In this document: positions 48,930 to 57,918 of the stretch, piece after piece
How the letters are laid out: each line of letters opens with the position of its first letter
How positions within the stretch are numbered: the first letter of the stretch is position 1
From: Thermoplasmata archaeon
Lineage (GTDB): Archaea > Thermoplasmatota > Thermoplasmata > Lutacidiplasmatales > UBA184
Direction of reading: 5' to 3'
Assembly (NCBI GenBank): GCA_027306505.1
Contig: DAHUZP010000050.1
Location: forward strand, 9,363-73,362
Length of the DNA: 64,000 nt
Notes under the pieces: model-generated
What the model was told of the DNA's origin: nothing
The model's input: the letters and a program-made list of their open reading frames with translations, nothing else
Database searches by the model: none
Position numbers and translations under genes: made by a program

Positions 48930-49145
48930 CCGACGGAGGGCCGCGGCGTGTGGGACGGAGGTCGCTGGGGCGAACCGGCAGGGGGAGCGACGGGCGAGCG
49001 ACGAGGCCCACCGTCCCCCCTCTCACGGTCCGCATGGAGCGGCTTGGGGTGGGAGCGGCCGGGTCGACTTCGGGCATCGCCCGGTCGCGGGCGACCAAGA
49101 CCGTAGAGTGAAGGTCGCTATCGATCCAAGGAACCGGAGCGGCCA

Positions 49146-49248
49146 TGCAGGCGCCGGGAGTCTCGCGCCCGCGCGGAGTTCGCGCGGACGGTTCGAACCC
49201 GGGTGGTCAGCTTGGAGGGCTGACATCCTACCGCTAGATTACGCCTGC
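49146..49248 (-). tRNA. tRNA-Gly (anticodon UCC) candidate with a ~32-nt insertion (putative non-canonical intron) in the T-loop
   Basis: Hand-folded. Acceptor GCAGGCG/CGCCUGC. D arm AUCU-AGCGGUA-GGAU. Anticodon stem UCAGC/GCUGA with loop CCUCCAA. T-stem 5' half CCGGG plus UUCGAA, then 32 nt (CCGUCCGCGCGAACUCCGCGCGGGCGCGAGAC), then U-CCCGG. Discriminator A. Confidence 0.7.
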
Positions 49249-49286
49249 TCGCCGCCCCGGCCCTAGCGGCGACAGAGGCTCATGGA

Positions 49287-49964
49287 TTAACCCTTGCCCC
49301 GTCCCTGGCCCCCAGCGCGGGGGAGATCGACCAGGGCTCCGACCTCGATCGCCAGCAGCTCCCAGCGGTCCCTGGACACGCGCTGGAGCGACGCGCGCTC
49401 CACGCCCACACGCTCTAGGACCGCCTCGTCGGGCGTCCGGGGGTACACCGAGGGGTCCTCCTCCAGCTCGGTCCTCACCAGGAGACCGTGGACGTCCCCG
49501 GGAGGCGAGAGCACGAGGACCATCTCGCGGCTGTCGTCGCGGATCCCCGCGCGCGCCACCGCTCCCGGGAACTGGTCGGTCCCGGAGAGATAGAGCAGGA
49601 ACTCCGCTCCGGGGTCGGCGAGATGGCTTCGACCCTCGGCCCGGGCGCGAGCGGCCCGAGCGAGCGCGGAGGCGAGGTGTCGCTCCCCCGCGACGGCGTG
49701 AGCGTCCACGAGCTGGGTGAGCGCCTTCGGGTCGGTGCGGAAGATCGCGGCCGCCGCGGCCAGGGCGGCCCGGACCTCCTCTCCACTTCGACGGTCCCTC
49801 GCTCCGCGACGGGCCCCCACCGCCAGGAACGGCGGAGGGAGGAGCGGCGTGGGCGTCCGTTCGCTCGGCCCCTCCCCCTCGAGCGAGAGGGGAGCCCCCG
49901 ACGATCGCGTCTCGTGGGCTCCGCCCAACCTCGGCGGGCCGCTCGGTCGTCCGACGTCCGGCAT
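49287..49964 (-). CDS. cgi121: KEOPS complex subunit Cgi121-like
   Basis: Colinear with the remembered M. jannaschii Cgi121 pattern: GARGA..., HLASALARA, EFLLYLSGTDQFPGAVARAGI, VLVL, and DPSV...EAVLERVGV...ELLAIEVGALVDL. The ATG at 49964 is preceded by a G-rich SD-like run. The track ORF to 50225 overlaps the MBL gene and was trimmed. Confidence 0.65.
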   Translation of the reverse strand: MPDVGRPSGPPRLGGAHETRSSGAPLSLEGEGPSERTPTPLLPPPFLAVGARRGARDRRSGEEVRAALAAAAAIFRTDPKALTQLVDAHAVAGERHLASALARAARARAEGRSHLADPGAEFLLYLSGTDQFPGAVARAGIRDDSREMVLVLSPPGDVHGLLVRTELEEDPSVYPRTPDEAVLERVGVERASLQRVSRDRWELLAIEVGALVDLPRAGGQGRGKG

Positions 49965-50014
49965 CTGCTTCCCCCCCTCCCGACGGACCCGGTCCGCTAC
50001 GCCCTTTTTCCCGC

Positions 50015-50626
50015 TCACGAGAGCATGAAGCGGACGAACTCGGCCTTGGTGCGTGGCTTCAGGACGTAGTTGTTGAGGCGCTCGAAGCCTATCGTGGAGC
50101 TCTGCGTCCTGCCGTAGTCGTGGCCGGGCAGGACCACCGTCGCATCGTCGAGCTTGAGGACCTTCCCGAAAAGGCTGTCGTAGAGCTGCTCGTTGCTTCC
50201 ACCGGGAAGGTCCGTGCGGCCGCACTCCCCCACGAAGAGCGTGTCCCCCGTCGCGACGTTCCCGTCGAACAGGTAGAGGACGCTGCAGGGGGTGTGGCCA
50301 GGGGTGTGGACCACCCGGAAGGACAGGCTCCCCACCTTGAGCTCGTCCCCGTCCGAGAAGGCGAGGTCCTGGCCCAGGTCGGCCGCCCGATGCGCCCCGA
50401 CCTTCGCCCCGGTTCGCGCCCGAACGTCATCGTTGCCGGCGATGTGGTCCGGGTGGGAGTGGGTGTTCAGGATGTAACGGACCTTGACCCCCAGGGCGTC
50501 GATGGACTCCAGAACCGGGGAGATGCCGAAGGAAGGGTCGATGACGACGGCCTCGCCTCCCTCTCGCTCGGCGACGATGTAGGTGAAGTTCTGGTACGGT
50601 CCGATGAGGAACGACTTCATCAACAT
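50015..50626 (-). CDS. MBL-fold metallo-hydrolase (glyoxalase II-like)
   Basis: ILNTHSHPDHIAGN (HxHxDH), HTPGHTPCS, and GDTLFVGECGRTDLPGGS. ATGs at 50626 and 50620. Confidence 0.85.
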   Translation of the reverse strand: MLMKSFLIGPYQNFTYIVAEREGGEAVVIDPSFGISPVLESIDALGVKVRYILNTHSHPDHIAGNDDVRARTGAKVGAHRAADLGQDLAFSDGDELKVGSLSFRVVHTPGHTPCSVLYLFDGNVATGDTLFVGECGRTDLPGGSNEQLYDSLFGKVLKLDDATVVLPGHDYGRTQSSTIGFERLNNYVLKPRTKAEFVRFMLS

Positions 50627-50676
50627 GTCCTCATCCAACCGCGAAAGCGGAAAACATGGGCCCCTCCAGGGCACGT

Positions 50677-51963
50677 TCAGGGCTCGTACTCTCCTGGATC
50701 GATCGAGATCTGCACGGCTAGACCTGTCACGGCGTCGATGACCTCGCGCCCGTTCCAGGCCTCGACCAGCCAGTGAGGTACCCAGACCAGGGCAGGGGGG
50801 CCGACCCGGACCTCGTTCTCGTCGCGGGGCCGGCGGTGGTGCTCGATGATGAGCATACCCCGGCGGTGCTCCACCTTCTCCTCGTCCCGAGCGTGCTGTT
50901 CCCGGACGGCCTCCAGGGCCACATGCCGGGCCTGTTCGCGGCCGATCCGCTTCCGCAGCCGGAAGTGAGGCTGCGGGAGGGCAGAGACGATCTCACGCTC
51001 CCCGCTGGGCCAGAACTGAGGGAGGCCCCCGACGGCCGGGACCGCGACGAGCCGGGGAGGGACCGAGAGCGCTCGCGCGTCTTCGGCCAGGGCGTAGGCG
51101 AAGAGGAAGAAGGGGATGAGCACCAGCCTCGGGTTTCCTCCCCTCCAGCGACGGCTCGCCATCTGATGGATGTCCTCCTCGTGCAGGCGCGCCCGCACGA
51201 TCCGGTCCGTCTCGAAGACCTCCGGAGGGAAGGGCGAGGGCTCCTCCGGGAGCGGGGGAAGCCACTCCGAGGACTCCTCCGCCCTTCGATGAGGGCCCCG
51301 AGCCGTCGGGGGGGGGTCGAGGGAGCGTCCCTCCGCCCCTGCCTCCACCTCACGACCGCCATGCCCTGGGATCTCATGAGAAGCCTCGGCCCCCGAGGGC
51401 CGTTCGGCCTCCGCCGAGCGGGTCGCGCTCGGGTCCTCCATGGGTACAGTACGAGGGCCGGGACCGAGAGAGGGGCTTGCGGTCTCCGCTGAAGGATCTG
51501 GCGCCAGGGCTGGGGGTTCTGCACCATCCCCGGACGAACCCCCCTGGTCGAGCTCCGGGGTCGTCGCGGCGCCCCCTTCGTCCCACTCGGGTCCCTTCGA
51601 GTCCTGGGGAGCCTGGGGAGCCTGGGGCTCTCGTGGGCCCTCCCCGGGAGCCGGTCCCCCTCGCAGGAGGGAGAGCACGGTCGTGGCGACCCCCTCCGGT
51701 AGCACGACCCTCGCTCCTGTGAGCTCGACGCGGTCACGGTCGTGAGCGGGAGGAGCCTTGCCGAAGAGGACCCACGTCCTGGCCCCCGTCGGGGCGGCGA
51801 ACCGCTGGAAGCCCGCAGGGAGCCCTCCCTCGAGGAAGGCGAGGACCGTCGTCCCGCTCTCTGGATCACGTGCCCTCCATCCACCGGGAACGTCGTCCAG
51901 CCGCCAGCCGGCCGAGACGAAGAGCTGGTAGAGCATCGTCGAGCTGCCGGCGCTGCTCACCAT
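50677..51963 (-). CDS. Hypothetical protein: small N-terminal domain, ~170-aa acidic/Pro-rich disordered linker, folded C-terminal domain
   Basis: 428-aa ORF. The termini have balanced composition (MLYQLFVSAGWRLDD...; ...LVWVPHWLVEAWNGREVIDAVTGLAVQI). It is divergent from cdc48. No family recognised. Confidence 0.45.
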   Translation of the reverse strand: MVSSAGSSTMLYQLFVSAGWRLDDVPGGWRARDPESGTTVLAFLEGGLPAGFQRFAAPTGARTWVLFGKAPPAHDRDRVELTGARVVLPEGVATTVLSLLRGGPAPGEGPREPQAPQAPQDSKGPEWDEGGAATTPELDQGGSSGDGAEPPALAPDPSAETASPSLGPGPRTVPMEDPSATRSAEAERPSGAEASHEIPGHGGREVEAGAEGRSLDPPPTARGPHRRAEESSEWLPPLPEEPSPFPPEVFETDRIVRARLHEEDIHQMASRRWRGGNPRLVLIPFFLFAYALAEDARALSVPPRLVAVPAVGGLPQFWPSGEREIVSALPQPHFRLRKRIGREQARHVALEAVREQHARDEEKVEHRRGMLIIEHHRRPRDENEVRVGPPALVWVPHWLVEAWNGREVIDAVTGLAVQISIDPGEYEP

Positions 51964-52097
51964 GGAAGGAAGGGACGTTTCCCAAGTAATGAAAGATGGA
52001 CCTGCAGGAGAAAGGTGTCCTGGCAGGAGGGTGGGAGAGGGGATGGCTCCAGTTCCACGACAGTCTTATCCCATCCTCGGGGCTGGGCGGGAGCGTC

Positions 52098-54320
52098 ATG
52101 GCCGACACCGTGAACCTCAAGGTCATGGAGGCCACGCAGAACGATGTCGGCTTTGGCGTCGCCCGCATCGACTCGGTGACCCGCCAGAAGCTCAAGGTCG
52201 CCGTCGGCGATGTCGTGGAGGTCCGTGGCCGCAAGACCACGGCTGCCGTGGTCCAGAAGGCCAGCACGGAGGACGAGGGGAAGAGCGTCATCCGTCTCGA
52301 GGCGGTCATCCGCCGCAACGCTCGGGTCTCGATCGGTGACCGGGTCGAGGTGGCCCGGGTCGAGTCGCCCGCCGCCGAGGCGATCACCATCGCGCCGATC
52401 TACTCCGGTGCTCCGAAGATGGACCTGGGACCGGGTCTTGAGACCTTCGTCGCGAAGGCCCTCTCGCGCCGACCGTTCGTCCGGGGCGACGCTTTCGTCG
52501 TGCCCGGGGTCTTCCTGATGGGAGGCTCGCTCCTCTTCCTCGTCATCTCCACGACCCCCAAGGGGATCGTCGTCGTGGGCCCCAACACGCTCGTCACCAT
52601 CCGGGAGGAGACGGTCAACGAGGCCGAGATCACGGCCCCCCGGGTCTCCTACGAGGACATCGGGGGCCTGCGCGAGAAGCTCTCCCGCGTGCGGGAGATG
52701 ATCGAGCTCCCGCTCAAGCACCCGGAGCTCTTCGACCGTCTCGCGATCTCCCCTCCGAAGGGGGTGCTGCTCTACGGACCGCCCGGCACGGGGAAGACCT
52801 TGATCGCGAAGGCCGTCGCGAGCGAGGCCGGGGCGCACTTCATCTCCATCGCCGGGCCCGAGATCATCTCGAAGTACTACGGAGAGAGCGAGAAGGAGCT
52901 CCGGGAGAAGTTCGAGGAGGCGGAGAAGCATGCTCCGTCGGTCATTTTCATCGACGAGCTGGACTCGATCGCGCCCCGGCGGGACGAGGTCGTGGGCGAG
53001 GTGGAACGCCGGGTCGTGGCGCAGCTGCTCACCCTCATGGACGGCCTATCGGGACGTGGGAACGTCATCGTCATCGCGGCGACGAACCGGGAGGAGGCGA
53101 TCGATCCCGCCCTGCGCCGACCGGGCAGGTTCGACCGCGAGATCGAGATCGGCGTCCCCACCGTCGAGGGACGGCGGGAGATCCTGCAGATCCACATCCG
53201 CGGCATGCCCATCGAGGGCAGCGACAAGGAGCGGGAGAAGCTGCAGGAGGAGCTCGCCGGCCTCACCCACGGTTTCGTAGGGGCCGACCTCGCCGCGCTC
53301 GCGCGGGAGGCCGCGATGCGGGCCCTGCGCCGCTACCTCCCCGATATCGATTTCGATCGCCCGATCAGCGTCTCTCTCCTCGAGCGGATGAAGGTCACCC
53401 CGCAGGACTTCCGCGAGGCGCTCAAGCAGATCGAGCCCTCCTCGCTCCGCGACGTGGCGATCGAGGTCCCTTCGGTCCGATGGGACGAGGTCGGCGGGCT
53501 CGACCGCGTCAAGCAAGACCTGCGCGAGTCGGTCGAACTGCCGTTCAAGAACCCGAACGCGTTCAAGAACCTCGGGATCGACCCTCCCCGGGGGATCCTC
53601 CTCTTCGGCCCTCCTGGGGTCGGGAAGACGCTGCTCGCGAAGGCGGTCGCGACCGAGAGCCAGGCGAACTTCGTCTCGGTCAAGGGCCCCGAGGTGATGA
53701 GCAAGTGGGTCGGTGAGAGCGAGAAGGCGATCCGGATGATCTTCAAGAAGGCCCGTCAGGCCTCCCCGGCGGTCGTCTTCATCGATGAGATCGATGCGAT
53801 CGCGCCGAAGCGCGGGCTCCAGAACTCGAGCGGGGTCACCGAGCGCATCGTGAACCAGCTGCTCACGTCCATCGATGGCCTGGAGACGCTGGAGCGTGTC
53901 GTGGTGCTGGCGGCGACGAACCGACCCGACATCATCGACGAGGCCCTCTTGAGGACGGGCCGTTTCGACCGGCTCATCTACGTAGCGCCCCCCGACCTCG
54001 CCTCGCGGATCTCGGTCCTCAAGGTGCACACCAAGAAGATGCCCCTCGAGGGCGTCGACGTCCAGGAGCTCGCGGCACGGACCGACGGGTTCGTCGGGAG
54101 CGACCTCGCCTCGATCTGCCGGGAGGCGGGACTCCAGGCGCTGCGGGAGAACGCCTCCGCGAAGAAGGTCACCGCCCGGCACTTCGACCTCGCGCTCCAG
54201 AACGCCCACGCGAGCGTCGACAAGGAGACGCTCAAGTTCTACGAGCAGTTCGCGCGCTCGGTCTCCTCGGTACGCGTCGCTCCCCGCCGGGAGAGCGCGG
54301 AAGAGGTCATCTACCGCTGA
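52098..54320 (+). CDS. cdc48: CDC48/VAT-type double-ring AAA+ ATPase
   Basis: N-domain [19 protein letters not shown]. Two Walker A sites ([15 protein letters not shown] and [15 protein letters not shown]). Two Walker B sites (IIFIDELD and VVFIDEID). The ATG at 52098 fits homologue N-termini. Confidence 0.95.
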   Translation: MADTVNLKVMEATQNDVGFGVARIDSVTRQKLKVAVGDVVEVRGRKTTAAVVQKASTEDEGKSVIRLEAVIRRNARVSIGDRVEVARVESPAAEAITIAPIYSGAPKMDLGPGLETFVAKALSRRPFVRGDAFVVPGVFLMGGSLLFLVISTTPKGIVVVGPNTLVTIREETVNEAEITAPRVSYEDIGGLREKLSRVREMIELPLKHPELFDRLAISPPKGVLLYGPPGTGKTLIAKAVASEAGAHFISIAGPEIISKYYGESEKELREKFEEAEKHAPSVIFIDELDSIAPRRDEVVGEVERRVVAQLLTLMDGLSGRGNVIVIAATNREEAIDPALRRPGRFDREIEIGVPTVEGRREILQIHIRGMPIEGSDKEREKLQEELAGLTHGFVGADLAALAREAAMRALRRYLPDIDFDRPISVSLLERMKVTPQDFREALKQIEPSSLRDVAIEVPSVRWDEVGGLDRVKQDLRESVELPFKNPNAFKNLGIDPPRGILLFGPPGVGKTLLAKAVATESQANFVSVKGPEVMSKWVGESEKAIRMIFKKARQASPAVVFIDEIDAIAPKRGLQNSSGVTERIVNQLLTSIDGLETLERVVVLAATNRPDIIDEALLRTGRFDRLIYVAPPDLASRISVLKVHTKKMPLEGVDVQELAARTDGFVGSDLASICREAGLQALRENASAKKVTARHFDLALQNAHASVDKETLKFYEQFARSVSSVRVAPRRESAEEVIYR

Positions 54321-54386
54321 GCAGCCCTCCCTCGGGGCCCCGAGAGGGCGCCCCGGGACCGCTCGACGCGATGCGCCTCGTCAAAC

Positions 54387-54394
54387 TATATAAA
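54387..54394 (+). promoter_or_regulatory. Strong TATA box (TATATAAA) ~48 nt upstream of the S-layer-like gene ATG
   Basis: A perfect AT octamer in GC-rich DNA. A GAGAGAGG SD-like element lies between the predicted TSS and the ATG at 54439. Confidence 0.55.
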
Positions 54395-54438
54395 CGGAGC
54401 CAAATTGGGCCGCGCGTTCTTCGAGAGAGGAACATCGA

Positions 54439-57400
54439 ATGAGAAGGAGTGTACCGAGAATGCCAATCGCGCCGCAGCGCTGGGCCATGGCCGCCATCAT
54501 GGTGCTGCTGCTCCTGAGCGCCCTGCCCTCCCTGGGCTCGGCTGCGCCAGCGAGTCAGTACAGCATCTACGTCGTCGTTACGACCTCCAGCGGAGCCCCT
54601 GCTCCGAACGGCGTGAACGTGACCCTGATGGTAGGTGCCACGGGCCAATCCTGCCAGTTGCAGACCTCCGGAGGCGGAGGCACCGTGAGCTTCCTCAACG
54701 GAGCTCCGGACATGTTCAACCGGATCTGTACGATCGCTCCGGGCTGGTACACCGTCTCGGTGCCCCCCCAGGTCGACGTCTCCTCAGGAGCTCCCTCGCA
54801 CATCGGGATCTTCCCCAGCGGGAGCAGCTCCACCTTCAGCGCGACCCAGTCGCAGCTGAGCGCGGGCTACCTGGTCCGCATCGGCGGGGTCACGACGAGC
54901 CTCATGTCGAAGAGCCTCACGGGCATGATCGACCTCAACGGGGCGCAGGAGTACAACGCCTCGGCCGTGGTCCAGGTGCTCGACCCGGCCTACCCGGGCC
55001 TTGTCTTGGCGTCGGGAGCCTTCACCGGGAAGTACACGTTCGCCTCGGACCTCCCCGCGGGGACCTGGACGGTCTACTCCACGATGAACCTGGGGCAGAA
55101 CACCCTCACCAACTACACCCAGGTGACGGTGCCCACGGTGAACAACCGCTGGGACGTGAACCTCTCCTCCTACCTGGTCTCGGGGCTCATCTTCCCGACG
55201 GAGAACCTGCGGTTCACCAACCAGACCAACATCACCCTCTACGACCTCTCGAGCGGGGCCACCTACCACTTCGTCAACCCCCCGAGCGCCTACCCGCAGA
55301 CGAGCAACTACTACCAGTTCGGGAGCTACAACAGCCTCGCCGGCAGCTCGACCGCGTCCTCCACCTTCCTCGCGCTCTTCGCGCCCCAGGGAGAGAGCCC
55401 GGTCTGGCGGTACTTCTACGCTTCCCCGAGCAACCCCACGCAGAACTTCGATCTCTCGACCTCTTCGCTCCGCTCGACGGTGCAGAACACCACGCTCACG
55501 TTCAACTCCACCTTCGACGGGGTCAACGTCTACAGCTCCACCCAGCTGGGGAACGGCAGCGTGGTCCGGGCGCTCGCGAACGCGGGCGTCGGTGACCTCT
55601 ACGCCCAGGTCGGGATGGACTTCAACAGCGGGGCGCTCAACGCCTCCTCCGCCGCGTGGACCGCCTTCGAGAACTGGCTCCAGCTCTCCGGGCCCGTCTA
55701 CCCTGCGGACCAGGCGAACCTGCAGGTCAACAAGACCAGCTACACCGAGACCGCGAACTACGGGTTCTACCCCGGGGCGACCCCGACCGACCTCGAGTTC
55801 TCGAGCGCGCAGGCCTTCTCCTACAACACGACCGAGTCCTACGCGATCGCGAACAACCTGAACGACCGCACCTCGAGCCACAACCTGACCTTCGGGTTCC
55901 GCTACCCGACCTCCACCGAGCAGCTCTCCTACCGGGTGAACCTGCCCTCGGGCTGGGTCCTGTCGGCGGACTCGCCCGTCCCGGCGGGGACCTCCCTCGC
56001 GGCGGCCGGTCCGGGCGGGACCTGGTCCTCGTTCTTCCTCAACGTGAGCCGCTCCCCCTATGGGGCGCAGAACGGGACGGTCTCCTTCCAGCTGACCAAG
56101 GTCCAGAAGGTCACGGTCGCGGTGAACGTCGTCTCCCCCAACTTCGTCTTCGCGAACAAGACGAACATCCTGAACGACACGCACAGCAACTACACGGTGC
56201 TGGTCGGCGTCAACCAGAACGCGAGCTTCTCCGCCGCGACCTCGGTCTTCCCGGCCGGGTTCAACGCGACCTCGTACTACTGGTCGTTCGGTGACGGGAA
56301 CTCGCAGTATACCTACCGCCACAACACCAGCGTCTACCACACCTACACCAGCGGCGGCCGCTTCGACGCCTACGTGATCCTGACCGCGAACGGCGGGCAG
56401 ACCAGCCGCCAGAACGTGACGGTCTACGTGGACGACGCGAAGCCCACCCCGAAGATCACCGTGAACGACACCCGCGGGCTCCTCACCGGGCTCGGCGCGG
56501 CGGGGAACGAGAGCCTGCTCCGGATCAACTGGAGCCAGTCCCTCCGGCTCAACGCCACGGGCAGCAAGGACGCGATCCACAACCCCCAGCCCCCCTACCT
56601 CCCCTCCGGGAACATCGGGGACGCCATCTGGAACATCTCTGCGGGCACGACCTACACCTCGACCAACTACTCCGTCGCGGGCCAGGCGGCGAGCGTCTTC
56701 GCGAACGTGACCTACCAGTTCACGGGCGCGGGACCCTGGATCTCGAGCCAGTCGATCGACGGGGCTTCCTACACCGTGAACGGCTGGGTGTACAAGGTGG
56801 TCCTGCGCGAGTTCGATGCGGGCGGGAACAACGCCTCCTCCACCCTCTGGGTGCTCGTCAACGACACCGAGAAGCCCAACCCCGTCGCGGACGTCCAGGG
56901 CGGCGGCTACTTCTCTCCGGCGAACCTGGAGGGCAAGAACACCACGAGCGGGACCGCTCTGCCGAGCGGCTACTGCCCCATCACCCTGGTCGACAAGTGG
57001 TCGAACGACCCGCACAACGGGTCCGTCGTGGCCTGGAACTGGGAGATTTCGAACCCCGGCTGGTCCGGCTTCTCCAAGATCTGGAAGAACGCCACGAACG
57101 ACAACTCGACCAACCTGCAGCTGAAGGTGCCGCAGACCTCGAGCGCCGCGACCAGCTCGGCCTACTTCGTCAACCTCACGGTGAAGGACCGGGCCGGCAA
57201 CCTCGCGAACACGAGCGTGCTCTTCACCTGCCAGCTGAACAGCACGACCGCGCCGATCCTGCAGTCGCTCACCCTCAAGGGCCCCAGCAGCGTCACGGAG
57301 GGCCAGAAGTACTCCTTCTCGGTGAACGTGACCAACGTCGGCGGATCGCTCTCGGTCGCGAACGCGACCCATGTCCGGTTCTACTTCGAGACCAGCTCCG

Positions 57401-57918
57401 GCGGCTCGCCCACGAACATCAGCTGGGGAACGCTCTACGGCTACACCGGCGGCCAGGTCAACAGCTCCGCTGAGCCGGGCGTCACCCAGGCGAACCTCCA
57501 CTACAACGTGACCTACCAGGCGCAGGTCACCTGGGCGGTCTCGGGCGGTGGGGTCACCGGCGGGCTCGCTCCCGGGCAGTACCGTATCTGCGCGAACGCG
57601 ACCAGCTACTCGGAAGCCTCGGGGAGCTACTCGACCCAGGCCAACGTCGCGTGCACGACCATCACGGTCAACCAGTCGACCCTGCAGCAGTACTTCGTGG
57701 GGATCGTGATCGCGGTGGTCGTCATCGTGGTGCTCGTGCTGGTCTTCTTCCTCTACAACCGCCGATCGAAGGGCGGCAGCGTGAAGAAGGCCTCGAGCGG
57801 CAGCAAGGGTTCGAAGAAGCCCGCGGCCGACGAAGAGGACGAAGACGAGGAAGAGGAGGAGGACGAGGAGCCCCGCCCGAAGGGCAAGTCCTCCTCCAAG
57901 GACGAGGACGACGACTAG
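54439..57918 (+). CDS. S-layer-like surface glycoprotein: signal peptide, beta-rich ectodomain with a PKD domain and ~45 N-glycosylation sequons, C-terminal TM helix, highly charged tail
   Basis: Signal-like MAAIMVLLLLSALPSLGSAAPA. PKD signature YYWSFGDGNSQYTYRHNTSVYHTYTSGGRF. Dense N-x-S/T sequons (my manual count is ~45). TM FVGIVIAVVVIVVLVLVFFLY. Tail ...KKPAADEEDEDEEEEEDEEPRPKGKSSSKDEDDD. Confidence 0.8.
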   Translation: MRRSVPRMPIAPQRWAMAAIMVLLLLSALPSLGSAAPASQYSIYVVVTTSSGAPAPNGVNVTLMVGATGQSCQLQTSGGGGTVSFLNGAPDMFNRICTIAPGWYTVSVPPQVDVSSGAPSHIGIFPSGSSSTFSATQSQLSAGYLVRIGGVTTSLMSKSLTGMIDLNGAQEYNASAVVQVLDPAYPGLVLASGAFTGKYTFASDLPAGTWTVYSTMNLGQNTLTNYTQVTVPTVNNRWDVNLSSYLVSGLIFPTENLRFTNQTNITLYDLSSGATYHFVNPPSAYPQTSNYYQFGSYNSLAGSSTASSTFLALFAPQGESPVWRYFYASPSNPTQNFDLSTSSLRSTVQNTTLTFNSTFDGVNVYSSTQLGNGSVVRALANAGVGDLYAQVGMDFNSGALNASSAAWTAFENWLQLSGPVYPADQANLQVNKTSYTETANYGFYPGATPTDLEFSSAQAFSYNTTESYAIANNLNDRTSSHNLTFGFRYPTSTEQLSYRVNLPSGWVLSADSPVPAGTSLAAAGPGGTWSSFFLNVSRSPYGAQNGTVSFQLTKVQKVTVAVNVVSPNFVFANKTNILNDTHSNYTVLVGVNQNASFSAATSVFPAGFNATSYYWSFGDGNSQYTYRHNTSVYHTYTSGGRFDAYVILTANGGQTSRQNVTVYVDDAKPTPKITVNDTRGLLTGLGAAGNESLLRINWSQSLRLNATGSKDAIHNPQPPYLPSGNIGDAIWNISAGTTYTSTNYSVAGQAASVFANVTYQFTGAGPWISSQSIDGASYTVNGWVYKVVLREFDAGGNNASSTLWVLVNDTEKPNPVADVQGGGYFSPANLEGKNTTSGTALPSGYCPITLVDKWSNDPHNGSVVAWNWEISNPGWSGFSKIWKNATNDNSTNLQLKVPQTSSAATSSAYFVNLTVKDRAGNLANTSVLFTCQLNSTTAPILQSLTLKGPSSVTEGQKYSFSVNVTNVGGSLSVANATHVRFYFETSSGGSPTNISWGTLYGYTGGQVNSSAEPGVTQANLHYNVTYQAQVTWAVSGGGVTGGLAPGQYRICANATSYSEASGSYSTQANVACTTITVNQSTLQQYFVGIVIAVVVIVVLVLVFFLYNRRSKGGSVKKASSGSKGSKKPAADEEDEDEEEEEDEEPRPKGKSSSKDEDDD

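Noticed and set aside
48815-49287. tRNA-flanked integration site or mobile element around the two tRNA genes (249-nt spacer between them).
   Set aside because: There is no integrase, transposase, direct repeat of a tRNA 3' end or att-like duplication within the neighbouring genes. The spacer shows only a TATA-like element for tRNA-Ser and one short palindrome (GGTCGC-GG-GCGACC).
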